From positions 1 through 46,482 of the forward strand of contig JBAZFF010000003.1 in assembly GCA_041653495.1 (NCBI GenBank): DNA of 46,482 nucleotides, written 5' to 3'. The notes under the pieces are model-generated. The model did no database searches, had not been told where the DNA came from, and worked only from the letters and a program-made list of their open reading frames with translations. A program made the position numbers and the translations under genes. Every line of letters begins with the position of its first letter. The first letter of the stretch is position 1. Positions 1 to 8,337 of the stretch are shown in pieces. This DNA comes from Minisyncoccota bacterium. Its GTDB lineage: Bacteria > Patescibacteriota > Minisyncoccia > Minisyncoccales > RBG-13-42-11.

Positions 1-2
1 AG

Positions 3-485
3 TGGGCCAAAGAAAAGTCCTTATTTCAAAAGTATGTGAGTGAAGAACCAAAAAAGAGAAAAGGCAGAGAGGAGGAACCTCTTGAAGACAATCACCCCGA
101 GCAAACAAGACAACTCATGTCCCTTTATCGGAAGCAGGTTCTTGGTGGTGCTGCCATAGAATTTTCCGTGCATGATAAAAATTGTTTCAAGAAAGCAATT
201 CTTGGCATTGTCGAATTCCAGAAAAAGAACAAGAGCAAGATTTCTTCTTTCCATTCAATTCAGTTAAATGAGTGGGTCAATCATCTTTGGGAAGCGACTG
301 TTGAAGCTGTTGATAACGATGTAAAGAAGCTTTCTCCAGGATGGTTCTCTTCTCCTAAGATGCAGAACAGACTTGCGTCTTATCTTTGCTCTCAAGGTAT
401 TATTGATGACGAGCAGGGAACTAATGTCCCACAACAAGGGCGAATGATTCAAGGAGTTCAACCTGACGAACAAATATATTATTAG
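3..485 (+). CDS. hypothetical protein, probably 5'-truncated by the window edge
   Basis: The frame of ORF 36..485 stays open back to nt 3 with no in-frame stop, so the gene likely starts upstream of the window. No recognisable motif. It lies directly upstream of the helicase. Confidence 0.45.
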   Translation, partial: WAKEKSLFQKYVSEEPKKRKGREEEPLEDNHPEQTRQLMSLYRKQVLGGAAIEFSVHDKNCFKKAILGIVEFQKKNKSKISSFHSIQLNEWVNHLWEATVEAVDNDVKKLSPGWFSSPKMQNRLASYLCSQGIIDDEQGTNVPQQGRMIQGVQPDEQIYY

Positions 486-487
486 AA

Positions 488-509
488 TTTGATTAAAGTG
501 ATGTATAAT
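488..509 (+). promoter_or_regulatory. promoter-like motif copy 1 (TTTGATTAAAGTGATG-TATAAT)
   Basis: One of six near-identical motifs ending in a perfect TATAAT. It sits 43 nt upstream of the helicase start in an intergenic gap. Confidence 0.6.
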
Positions 510-551
510 CCGGCAAGTGACGTTCTTACCTAAATTGAGGAATTAAGAATA

Positions 552-2096
552 ATGCTGAATCGTCGTCCTGTTGATAATTCCATAGAAGAAGAAATCCTCA
601 CCGGGTTAATTGTTTCAACAAAATATATCAGAGATGTTTCACAACTGGTCAAAGGTGATTATTTTGTCGTCCCTTATGCGAAGGTAGTTTCCAAGTGGTG
701 CCTCGATCATTACAAAAAATACAAACAGGCTCCTGGAGAATTGATCCAGAATATTTTTAATGTTGAACAAGGCAAGTTGAAAGAAGGAGACGCAAATATC
801 GTTTCCTCTTTTCTTGCCAAGCTTTCCTCCAAGTACGAGACTGCACAAAATTTCAATGCCGAATATCTTTACGACAAATCCATTCGATATTTTCGCAAGA
901 GAGGATTGAAACTTGCTTCTGATAATGTCCAGTCTTTGCTTGAGCTGGATAGGGTAGAAGATGCGGAGATAGAGATGCAAGGGTATCGAAAGGTCGTTCA
1001 AGCTACCAGTGGGTGGCAAGACCTTTTCGATGAGGAGCAGATAAGAACCTTCTTTCTTGAAGAGGAAGATCAATCTCAGAAGCTTTTCAAGCTTCCCGGA
1101 AAACTGGGAGAGATGATTGGTTATTTTGAACGCAACTGGTTGTTCGCTATTATGGGTCCTGCCAAGAAAGGTAAAACCTTTTGGCTTGGTGAAATTGCTG
1201 TTCAAGCATTTCTCGAGAAGTATAAGGTGATTTTCATTTCCTTGGAGATGGATAAGCACAGGATGAGGAAGAGACTCCAGAAAAGAATGACTGCTCTGGG
1301 AGATTACACTGGAGATTATATCTATCCTTGTTTTGATTGTTTTCTTAATCAGAATGGTTCCTGCAAAAAGAAGGAGAGACAGAATACGACGAGGCTCCTT
1401 GATGAAGAAGGAAACAAGCCCGAGATGTATGATCCTGATATTGATTATTCTCCTTGCACTGAATGTCGAGGTAAAAAGAAAAGTGATTATCTCCCGGCCA
1501 CATGGTTTACAACCTACAAAAGGGAGAAGATGAAATTCAGGAATACGAAAGCGGTGATGCGTGGTCTTCAAGAAATGTATGGCCGCAATTTCAAATTCAA
1601 AGCCTACCCAATTCGGTCTGCAAATCTTTCACAGATATTAGGAGATATTTCCGACTTGGAAGAAATGACCGGTTTTGTCCCCGATGTTATTGTGGTTGAT
1701 TATGCCGATATTCTTGCTCCTGAAGACAGCAGAGTTATAGGGAGAGAACGATCGGACGAAACCTGGCAAGCATTGAAAAATTTGTCTGATGTGAGGCATT
1801 GTCTTGTTGTCACTGCTTCACAGACAAATAGGGCAAGTTTCAAGCGTAAGAATGTGACTCAAACTGATGTTTCTGAGGACATAAGAAAGATTGCCCACGT
1901 TGATGGCCTTATTTCTTTAAATCAGACTCCGTCAGAGAAACGAGAAAGTATTATGAGGATTGCCCAGATTGCAGGAAGAGATAGCAATTTTGATCAATTC
2001 AAGACTTGCACGGTTTTACAACAACTTGAGCTTGGTCAAGTTTGTTTGGATTCTGAGTTATTCTTTTCTGAAAAAACTATCAAAGATTTTGATTAA
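552..2096 (+). CDS. dnaB: DnaB-like replicative DNA helicase with a Cys4 insertion
   Basis: RecA-type core with Walker A 'MGPAKKGKT' and Walker B 'VIVVDYADIL'. 'ASQTNR' is a DnaB-like motif. The N-terminal helical domain is typical of DnaB/gp4-like helicases. Confidence 0.8.
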   Translation: MLNRRPVDNSIEEEILTGLIVSTKYIRDVSQLVKGDYFVVPYAKVVSKWCLDHYKKYKQAPGELIQNIFNVEQGKLKEGDANIVSSFLAKLSSKYETAQNFNAEYLYDKSIRYFRKRGLKLASDNVQSLLELDRVEDAEIEMQGYRKVVQATSGWQDLFDEEQIRTFFLEEEDQSQKLFKLPGKLGEMIGYFERNWLFAIMGPAKKGKTFWLGEIAVQAFLEKYKVIFISLEMDKHRMRKRLQKRMTALGDYTGDYIYPCFDCFLNQNGSCKKKERQNTTRLLDEEGNKPEMYDPDIDYSPCTECRGKKKSDYLPATWFTTYKREKMKFRNTKAVMRGLQEMYGRNFKFKAYPIRSANLSQILGDISDLEEMTGFVPDVIVVDYADILAPEDSRVIGRERSDETWQALKNLSDVRHCLVVTASQTNRASFKRKNVTQTDVSEDIRKIAHVDGLISLNQTPSEKRESIMRIAQIAGRDSNFDQFKTCTVLQQLELGQVCLDSELFFSEKTIKDFD

Positions 2097-2109
2097 AGTG
2101 GTGTATAAT
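2088..2109 (+). promoter_or_regulatory. promoter-like motif copy 2 (TTTGATTAAAGTGGTG-TATAAT)
   Basis: Overlaps the last codons and stop of the helicase gene. It sits 21 nt upstream of the queD start. Confidence 0.6.
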
Positions 2110-2129
2110 ACAATTGAAGGAGAAGGAAA

Positions 2130-2510
2130 ATGATAGAATTGACTGTTACGAAGGCTTTTGAATTTGACTCAGCCCATCATCTACCTTATTACGAAGGAAG
2201 GTGCAAAAACCCTCACGGTCATCGTTGGCGGCTTGAGGTCACTGTCTGGGGGATTTTACAGGGTGAAGGTCCCAAACAAGGGATGGTTGTTGATTTTGTT
2301 GATCTCAAGAAGGTAGTGAATGAGAAGGTGATTGATGTTCTCGATCACCAAGATATTAACGGATTGATTCCTAACCCCACTGCCGAAAACATGATCCGGT
2401 GGATTGCTTATCAACTGAACGATTTAGGTTGTTCGCCTATTGTTTCTTGTTGCCAGCTTCGGTTATGGGAGACTCCGGATTCTTGCGTGACGTGGCGGGT
2501 GGTCAAATGA
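2130..2510 (+). CDS. queD: 6-carboxy-5,6,7,8-tetrahydropterin synthase (QueD, T-fold)
   Basis: 'FEFDSAHHL' and 'CKNPHGHRW' (Cys-x3-His-Gly-His) are the QueD/PTPS zinc and catalytic motifs. The 126-aa size fits. RBS GGAGAAGG precedes the start. Confidence 0.9.
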   Translation: MIELTVTKAFEFDSAHHLPYYEGRCKNPHGHRWRLEVTVWGILQGEGPKQGMVVDFVDLKKVVNEKVIDVLDHQDINGLIPNPTAENMIRWIAYQLNDLGCSPIVSCCQLRLWETPDSCVTWRVVK

Positions 2511-3148
2511 AAATCAATTCAATATTTCAAAGCATCAACGGTGAAGTCAATGCTTTCCACCAAGGCAGCCTTTGCACGTTTATCCGTTTTCAAGGTTGCC
2601 CCCTTTCTTGCCGGTATTGCGATACCAAATATGCCCAAGATCCAAAGGGAGGCAAAGACATGACTTCGGAAGAGGTTATTGAAGAGGTCGGGAGATTAGG
2701 CAATCACAATATTACCATTACCGGCGGCGAGCCTCTATATCAGGAGCAGGCTTTGAAGAATGTGACAGCAGGACTTGAAGACAAAGGGTATGCCATTTCC
2801 GTTGAAACAAATGGTGCTCTTTATCTTCCCCCAAATATCAATGTTAGTTGGGTTGCCGATTGGAAAGGTCCTTCCAGTGGTATGAGATTTCAAATGGAGC
2901 TCGACAATTTTTTGCATATCAGTGAGAAAGATTTTGTGAAGTTTGTAATTGAAGACGAGGAAGATTTTTCCGATGCTTTGGAAGTGGTTCGTGCTTTGTC
3001 CCATCGAGGATGCAAATTTGCCTTTTCTCCTTCTTTTGAGAGTTTGGGTCCGGTGGATCTTGTGTCCTGGATGCAGCAGGAAAAGCAGTTGAAAGATTTA
3101 GGGGCAATTCTGAGTTGGCAGATTCATAAACTTATCAATGTCCAGTGA
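2507..3148 (+). CDS. queE: 7-carboxy-7-deazaguanine synthase (QueE, radical SAM)
   Basis: 'FIRFQGCPLSCRYCDTKY' is a CxxxCxxC radical SAM cluster in the QueE context. 'ITITGGEPL' is the SAM-binding GGE motif. The ATG at 2507 overlaps the queD stop (ATGA); the longer 2399 start is an overlap artefact. Confidence 0.85.
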   Translation: MKINSIFQSINGEVNAFHQGSLCTFIRFQGCPLSCRYCDTKYAQDPKGGKDMTSEEVIEEVGRLGNHNITITGGEPLYQEQALKNVTAGLEDKGYAISVETNGALYLPPNINVSWVADWKGPSSGMRFQMELDNFLHISEKDFVKFVIEDEEDFSDALEVVRALSHRGCKFAFSPSFESLGPVDLVSWMQQEKQLKDLGAILSWQIHKLINVQ

Positions 3149-3158
3149 AGGAGGGAAG

Positions 3159-3578
3159 ATGAAAATTATTCTTAATGGCCAGTCTTTTGAGTTCTTTCAG
3201 GAAGTTGACATGTTGCGAGCATTGATCCTTTTCAATTCAAATCAGCTGTCTTATCAGCCGGTAGAAGGTGCCAAAGAGAATGTTCTCGGCATCACAGACA
3301 TGATGTATCAATTTATCAAAAGCAATTCAGACGAGGTTAAGGTTGCCAATAAGGTCAAAAGGCGGGAGCTTCAATCCCTTATGCGTCGCATCTCGATATT
3401 CCAGAGGTTCTTCCGAAAGGTCGAAGACCGAGAAACCCTTATTTCGAGGGTCTTCGATTTTCTCCTCGCTCTTGATGGATTGAGCACCCTGCCTGGTTTT
3501 GGATTTTCTAACAGGTTCAAAGACAGGCTGAAAGGAAACGCTGAAAAAATAAGTTTGAGGAAAGTTCATTCTTTTTAG
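3159..3578 (+). CDS. hypothetical protein
   Basis: ATG at 3159 is preceded by GAAGGAGGGAAG. The ORF is clean but has no recognisable motif. It sits inside the deazaguanine island. Confidence 0.5.
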   Translation: MKIILNGQSFEFFQEVDMLRALILFNSNQLSYQPVEGAKENVLGITDMMYQFIKSNSDEVKVANKVKRRELQSLMRRISIFQRFFRKVEDRETLISRVFDFLLALDGLSTLPGFGFSNRFKDRLKGNAEKISLRKVHSF

Positions 3579-3583
3579 CCAGA

Positions 3584-3605
3584 ATTGGTTAAACCAGTGT
3601 ATAAT
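3584..3605 (+). promoter_or_regulatory. promoter-like motif copy 3 (ATTGGTTAAACCAGTG-TATAAT)
   Basis: More diverged copy of the repeated motif, 55 nt upstream of the ATG at 3660. Confidence 0.5.
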
Positions 3606-3659
3606 AGAATATCAGGGATAGGTTCAATTCCACAAACAAAAGGAAGAAAGGAGAACATC

Positions 3660-4202
3660 ATGGAAAAGGTTACAAAGGAAGAGTTGCTTGCAGCGGCGAA
3701 GGCTTTAAACGAGACGGGATTGTCTACGATCAAAGTGAAAACGGTGGCGATCAAAGAAGAGGATCTCAAAATCCTCTTTATCAAGGCCTGCGAAGCTGTA
3801 CCGGAGGACAAAGAGGATCAGTTGCCTGACGATCCGATTTGCAATGTTTATAACGGGCTGATTGCCGAAGGAGAAGCGGCTGAGGCCGAGAAAAAGAAGG
3901 CTGAGAAATCCAAGGCGAAAGAGAAGCCCGAATCGGGCAAAAAGGACAAGGCCAAAGACGCGGCGCCGGCCTCGGCAAAGAAACCTGCGAAGGAGAAAAA
4001 AGAGAAGGCATCCGTTTCGGAACGGTCGGAAAAGAAATTCGGAAAGTTCAAGGTGGCCGCAGATCTCTTCAAAGAAGGAAAATCAGAAGCCGTCATCGTT
4101 GCCAAGGTTGCCAAAGGGCTGATGGATGATGGCCGGGATGAAGCCGCCGCTTCCTATCGGGCCAAAGAAATTTACAAAATCGTCAAAACCATTCTCGGGT
4201 AA
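3660..4202 (+). CDS. Lys/Ala/Glu-rich (histone H1-like low-complexity) protein
   Basis: ATG at 3660 follows GAAAGGAGAA. The central tract 'AEAEKKKAEKSKAKEKPESGKKDKAKDAAPASAKKPAKEKKEK' is highly basic, so DNA binding is plausible. It has its own promoter motif and a downstream hairpin. Confidence 0.55.
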   Translation: MEKVTKEELLAAAKALNETGLSTIKVKTVAIKEEDLKILFIKACEAVPEDKEDQLPDDPICNVYNGLIAEGEAAEAEKKKAEKSKAKEKPESGKKDKAKDAAPASAKKPAKEKKEKASVSERSEKKFGKFKVAADLFKEGKSEAVIVAKVAKGLMDDGRDEAAASYRAKEIYKIVKTILG

Positions 4203-4223
4203 CAATCACTGGACCGGCGCCAA

Positions 4224-4256
4224 GGATCAGAAGAGGTCATTTTGCTCTTCTGATCC
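4224..4256 (+). terminator. 12-bp perfect hairpin (GGATCAGAAGAG/CTCTTCTGATCC), terminator-like
   Basis: Perfect 12-bp stem with a 9-nt loop, 20 nt after the stop at 4202. No clear U-tract follows (TGTGATAGG), so it could be an intrinsic terminator or a processing/stability hairpin. Confidence 0.5.
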
Positions 4257-4277
4257 TGTGATAGGAAGGATTTATAA

Positions 4278-4862
4278 ATGCAAGATCTGAAATTTCTTGA
4301 AGGAGCAGCAAAGGAGTTCCTTATCGCTATTGGTGAGGATCTCGACAGGGAAGGGCTTCTTGATACCCCAAAGAGAATGGCTAAGATGTGGAAAGAGATG
4401 TTCTATGGTTATGACCCAAAGCAAAAGCCAAAGGTCACTGTCTTTCCTAACGGGAAAGATGGCATCGTCTACGACGAAATGATCACTGATGAGGGATATT
4501 TCTATTCCTTTTGTGAACATCACTCGGTCACTTTTTTTGGAAATTTCTTTTTTGGGTATATCCCTGGGGCCAATGTTATTGGCATCAGCAAGATCTCTCG
4601 AATCGTTGATTATTATGCCGCGAGGCTTCAGGTCCAGGAGCGGCTTGTCCTCGATGTTGTGAACGATCTTGACAATATTCTCAAACCAAAAGGATGCGGG
4701 CTTGTAATGAAAGGCAGACACCTCTGCAAAGAAATGAGAGGTGTGAAGAAGAGGGATACCAGCACGACTACCACGGCGTTGCGAGGCTGTTTCCAGAACG
4801 ATATCGCGACAAGAACAGAATTTCTCGGGAGGGTGCAAAGTGAGAACCTACGTCGTTATTAG
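4278..4862 (+). CDS. folE: GTP cyclohydrolase I (FolE)
   Basis: 'GLLDTPKRMAKMW' and 'SFCEHH' are hallmark FolE type I motifs, and 'LQVQERL' is also present. Size is 194 aa. Confidence 0.9.
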   Translation: MQDLKFLEGAAKEFLIAIGEDLDREGLLDTPKRMAKMWKEMFYGYDPKQKPKVTVFPNGKDGIVYDEMITDEGYFYSFCEHHSVTFFGNFFFGYIPGANVIGISKISRIVDYYAARLQVQERLVLDVVNDLDNILKPKGCGLVMKGRHLCKEMRGVKKRDTSTTTTALRGCFQNDIATRTEFLGRVQSENLRRY

Positions 4863-5166
4863 GACCAGTTTCGAGGCAAATCATTGCTGGCCAGAATGCC
4901 CTTATCCCGAAGTTTCTTTTCTCAAGTTATCCCATCGCCATAAGTTTTTTGTCGAAATGAAATGGGAGACAACGGAGGACAGGCAAAAGGAATTTCTTAT
5001 GATGAAGAAAAAGGTTGATTCATTCTTGGTGAAAGAATGGAATGGCCAAGATTTGTTTTCTTTATCATGCGAAGTAATGGCGGAGCAGCTGGCATTGTAT
5101 TTTGATGCCAGTTTTGTATCTGTTTTCGAAGACAATGAAAATGGAGCGGAATACCATGCGATATGA
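4840..5166 (+). CDS. QueD/PTPS-like T-fold paralogue (divergent)
   Basis: 'SFEANHCWPEC...LSHRHKFFVEMKWE' mirrors the QueD layout (F-x-A-x-H ... H-x-H followed by a beta strand) but lacks the canonical Cys-x3-HGH. GTG start overlaps the folE end. Assignment is tentative. Confidence 0.45.
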   Translation: MRTYVVIRTSFEANHCWPECPYPEVSFLKLSHRHKFFVEMKWETTEDRQKEFLMMKKKVDSFLVKEWNGQDLFSLSCEVMAEQLALYFDASFVSVFEDNENGAEYHAI

Positions 5167-7324
5167 TGTCGTGATTATTGACCCTTCGAGTTTGGAAGTG
5201 GTAAGGAGTAGTTTCTGCTACCTTCCATATCTTCTGTTTTCTTATTTCAAATCAAGGGGCAAGGACGTTCTGCTTCTCGAAGATTATTCATGTGCAGATA
5301 TCGGAGAGCTTCCTGATGCAGAAAAATACCTCGTCGGTTTGTGGTCTTATCCTCAGGTTGATGCTTGTCTTGTTCTTGATAAGATTCTTCCAAAACCTGC
5401 AAAGTTTTTTGGATATGAGCCTTTGGTCGAAAGTTTGAGATTGCCGAAGTTCATTCCTTCCAATGATATGATTTACGAGGGTCTTGAAAATTGTGTTCGT
5501 TATTATGATCAGTTCAAGTACCTTCTTCTGTCCGATTCGGATATGCACATGGCTAAATATAGCGGCCTGGTGTATCCTTTGTTCACATCTTATGGGTGCG
5601 TTAATAAATGTTTGACCGGGGATACAATCATACATACTGTTGACGGAGATTTTCCTATTCAGTCTTTATCAGGGAAGAAAGGAGTCAAGGTTCTTTCGTG
5701 CAATCTTGAGACCTATGAGCTTTTTTATACAGATGTCAGAAATATCAGAAAAACTGCCAATAATTCGGGAATTGTAAGGGTACATTTCGACGACGGCTCC
5801 CATATAGATTGTACCCCCGATCATAAATTTAAGGTTTTCAAGAATACTAATCAGCACACAAAAAATAGTTGTGAGAAAGATGTCGAGGCAAACGACTTGC
5901 TTCCGGGGCAAAGTGTTAGGGCGGTTGGTTATGCTCGGTCCCCAAATGGCAGGACTTATCTTCGAGGTAATAGATATCTTGGAATGGCAAGGTCGGTTCT
6001 TGTTATGGAGTCTATTTTGGGTAGGAAATTAATAACCGACGAAGTGGTGCATCATAAAGATGGTAAGCCCGGGAACGATTTTCCATCTAATTTGATATTG
6101 ACAGATAAAAGGAATCATATTCCTGATTATCATCCAGAAATAGCGGAAAGAATGAAGAGAGATAATCCAGCAAAAAACATGACTCTTGAATGGAGAGAAA
6201 AGATAAGGACGGGTAACACTGGAAAAGTTCGGAGTGAAGAGTCTAAGCTTCGTTATCGACAATCAAGATTAGGAGACAAAAATCCAAATTGGAAGGGAGG
6301 GAAGTATGCAGAAAATCATAGAGTTTCGAAGATAGAACATCTTCCTCACAAGGAAGATGTTTATTGTATGGAAGTTCCAACTACGGAATGGTTTTATGCC
6401 AATAAAGTTTTGGTTCATAATTGCAAGTTCTGTCCTGTTGCTGTGAATTGTAAGGGAGATAGGGTAGTTCTCCCTGTCGAAAGGGTATGCGAGATACTCG
6501 ATTACTGCGAAGCCGAAGGAATGAAGAACATCCATTTCGCGGACGAGGATTTTTTCTTCGATACCAAACGGGCAGAGGAAATTCTTAATCATACCCGAGG
6601 CAAGGGCTTCCAGTATATCGCCTTGGGAACAGCAGGCATGGTTCTCAAATTTGTCGAGGATGTCGGTGCAGATTTTCTTCAAGAGACAGGAATGAAGGTA
6701 ATCGAGATAGGTCTTGAATCTGCCGATCTTTCTTTGAACAAGAAAATGGGGAAAGTCGGGAAGGGCGGTTCAAACCGGTATGAGGTATTGGCAGAAGCTG
6801 TTAAAGGCAAGGTCGATATCTTTTGGCTGACGATGACCTTTTTTCCCGGCGAGACAATAACCTCTCAAAGAGCCACCGGGTTATTCCTCGAAAAATACGG
6901 AGCGAAGTTTGGAGAAATGTACCCAAGGATTCAGACCAACTCTTCTGTTGGCGGACTTGGTCAGTTCTTTCAAGCCTATGCAGGGACTTGGGATAAAGAA
7001 GATCTTGAAGAAGAAGGTATGGTTTTGTCTGATCGGCCAATGAGACTGATGCCAAGTTTTGTTCCAAATTCGTTTCTTAACAGCCCGATAAACAAAATTC
7101 GCCCTATTCGAGAAGATGAGAAAGTTTGGTATCGGTTATACAAAATAAGTGACGATCTCATTGATACTTTTTTTGATGAGATAGGTCCTGTATCTATTGG
7201 TGCCGACTCAGGTCCGATATATTGTGATGTCGGAGATATTTTCGATATGTTGACCTTAGATTTCCCGGATCAGGATGTCTGTTTCTTTTTCGCTTTATCA
7301 GCAAGGCTGGGGGTGATCGGATGA
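5156..7324 (+). CDS. B12-binding-domain-type (class B-like) radical SAM enzyme, interrupted by an HNH intein
   Basis: The N-terminus 'VVIIDPS...LPYLLFSYFKSRGKDVLLLED...YLVGLWSY' resembles the Rossmann-like B12-binding domain. After conceptual splicing, the exteins restore 'SYGCVNK|CKFCPV', a CxxxCxxC motif. 'IEIGLESADLSLNKKMGK' is typical of the radical SAM core. The ATG at 5156 overlaps the previous stop. Confidence 0.85.
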   Translation: MRYDVVIIDPSSLEVVRSSFCYLPYLLFSYFKSRGKDVLLLEDYSCADIGELPDAEKYLVGLWSYPQVDACLVLDKILPKPAKFFGYEPLVESLRLPKFIPSNDMIYEGLENCVRYYDQFKYLLLSDSDMHMAKYSGLVYPLFTSYGCVNKCLTGDTIIHTVDGDFPIQSLSGKKGVKVLSCNLETYELFYTDVRNIRKTANNSGIVRVHFDDGSHIDCTPDHKFKVFKNTNQHTKNSCEKDVEANDLLPGQSVRAVGYARSPNGRTYLRGNRYLGMARSVLVMESILGRKLITDEVVHHKDGKPGNDFPSNLILTDKRNHIPDYHPEIAERMKRDNPAKNMTLEWREKIRTGNTGKVRSEESKLRYRQSRLGDKNPNWKGGKYAENHRVSKIEHLPHKEDVYCMEVPTTEWFYANKVLVHNCKFCPVAVNCKGDRVVLPVERVCEILDYCEAEGMKNIHFADEDFFFDTKRAEEILNHTRGKGFQYIALGTAGMVLKFVEDVGADFLQETGMKVIEIGLESADLSLNKKMGKVGKGGSNRYEVLAEAVKGKVDIFWLTMTFFPGETITSQRATGLFLEKYGAKFGEMYPRIQTNSSVGGLGQFFQAYAGTWDKEDLEEEGMVLSDRPMRLMPSFVPNSFLNSPINKIRPIREDEKVWYRLYKISDDLIDTFFDEIGPVSIGADSGPIYCDVGDIFDMLTLDFPDQDVCFFFALSARLGVIG
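5609..6421 (+). mobile_element. intein (271 aa) with HNH homing-endonuclease module
   Basis: Starts 'CLTGDTIIH' (block A), has 'TPDHKF' (block B), 'VVHHKDGKPGNDFPSNLILTDKRNH' (HNH) and NUMOD-like repeats 'NPAKNM..NPNWKGG'. It ends 'VYCMEV...VLVHN' followed by Cys+1. It is in frame and sits inside the Fe-S motif. Confidence 0.88.
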
Positions 7325-8337
7325 TTATCAATGTCCCGATCGAGAGCCTGGAGGAAAGGTACAGTAAGCAATGGAACGAATGGTTTCCAAGGGTGTTCGA
7401 AGAATTGGACGAGCTATATTTCTGCGTTTACCCAAAGCCTCTTTCCGATAAGATCAGGGACGGTTCTTTTCTCGATGTTTGTGCGACCAATTATTTTAAG
7501 GCGAATCAGCTTGCTGGTTTGTGTCAAGCTCTTTATAACGGCAGAATCCATTCGGGAGACGTGATTTTTTTTCACGACCTTTGGTTCCCAGGGTTAGAGA
7601 TGCTTGCCTATATCCGCGATGGGCTTGGTATTGATTTTAAGATTTGTGGGATCCTTCATGCAGGGACATACGATCCTTTTGATTTCGTTTCAAAGAAAGG
7701 GATGGGTCGTTGGGGTAAGAATCTTGAGGAAAGCTGGTTCTCGTTTGTTGACGAAATTTTCGTTGCCACTCGTTATCACCGAGACCTTATTTATCAGAGT
7801 AGGAGGTGCAGGGCTCTAATTACTGTGACCGGGCTTCCAATCTATTATCAAGATATTCGAGGAAACAAATATTACGAGAAAGAGAATATCGTTGTATTCC
7901 CCCATCGGTTGGACTCAGAAAAACAGCCTGCCCTTTTTGACCAACTTGCCAATATTCTCCAAAAGAAATATCATGATTGGCAGTTTATTAAGACGAAAGA
8001 AGTTTGTGAAACTAAGCAACAATATTATGATCTCCTTGGCCGATCAAAGGTCGCTGTCTCCTTTGCTTTTCAAGAGACCTGGGGTATCGCTCAGCAGGAG
8101 GCATTGATATTTGGTTGCATCCCGATTGTCCCGAATCGTCTTTCCTATAGGGAGATGTACCCTGAAAGCTTGAAGTATGAGGATATGGATCAGTGCATCG
8201 AGCTTGTAGAAAGGGCGATGAAAGGAGACGAATTGCTTCAATTAGATTCTGATATCTTGTTTTGTAATTTGAAGGCAGCCGGAGAAGAGGCAATTCCCAA
8301 CATGGTGGAAAGGATGAGAAGATGGCAAAAGGCTTAA
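7321..8337 (+). CDS. GT-B fold glycosyltransferase (GT1/GT4-like)
   Basis: C-terminal domain 'VAVSFAFQETWGIAQQEALIFGCIPIVPN' contains the E-x7-E motif of retaining GT-B enzymes. Two-domain size of 338 aa. The start overlaps the radical SAM stop (ATGA). Confidence 0.6.
   Translation: MIINVPIESLEERYSKQWNEWFPRVFEELDELYFCVYPKPLSDKIRDGSFLDVCATNYFKANQLAGLCQALYNGRIHSGDVIFFHDLWFPGLEMLAYIRDGLGIDFKICGILHAGTYDPFDFVSKKGMGRWGKNLEESWFSFVDEIFVATRYHRDLIYQSRRCRALITVTGLPIYYQDIRGNKYYEKENIVVFPHRLDSEKQPALFDQLANILQKKYHDWQFIKTKEVCETKQQYYDLLGRSKVAVSFAFQETWGIAQQEALIFGCIPIVPNRLSYREMYPESLKYEDMDQCIELVERAMKGDELLQLDSDILFCNLKAAGEEAIPNMVERMRRWQKA

Noticed and set aside
2399-2506. N-terminal extension of the queE ORF (ORF-track start at 2399). 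Similar long upstream extensions occur at 5102, 20406, 21113, 24117, 26002, 26130, 27930, 33154, 34285 and 34773.
   Set aside because: The extensions overlap the preceding, motif-supported genes out of frame. Internal ATGs with an RBS or ATGA coupling give proteins that start at the expected family N-termini.
3862-4122. Arg-rich 86-aa ORF in an alternative + frame.
   Set aside because: It is an alternate reading of the AAG/GAA-rich low-complexity tract of gene 3660..4202. It has no RBS and is a frame artefact.
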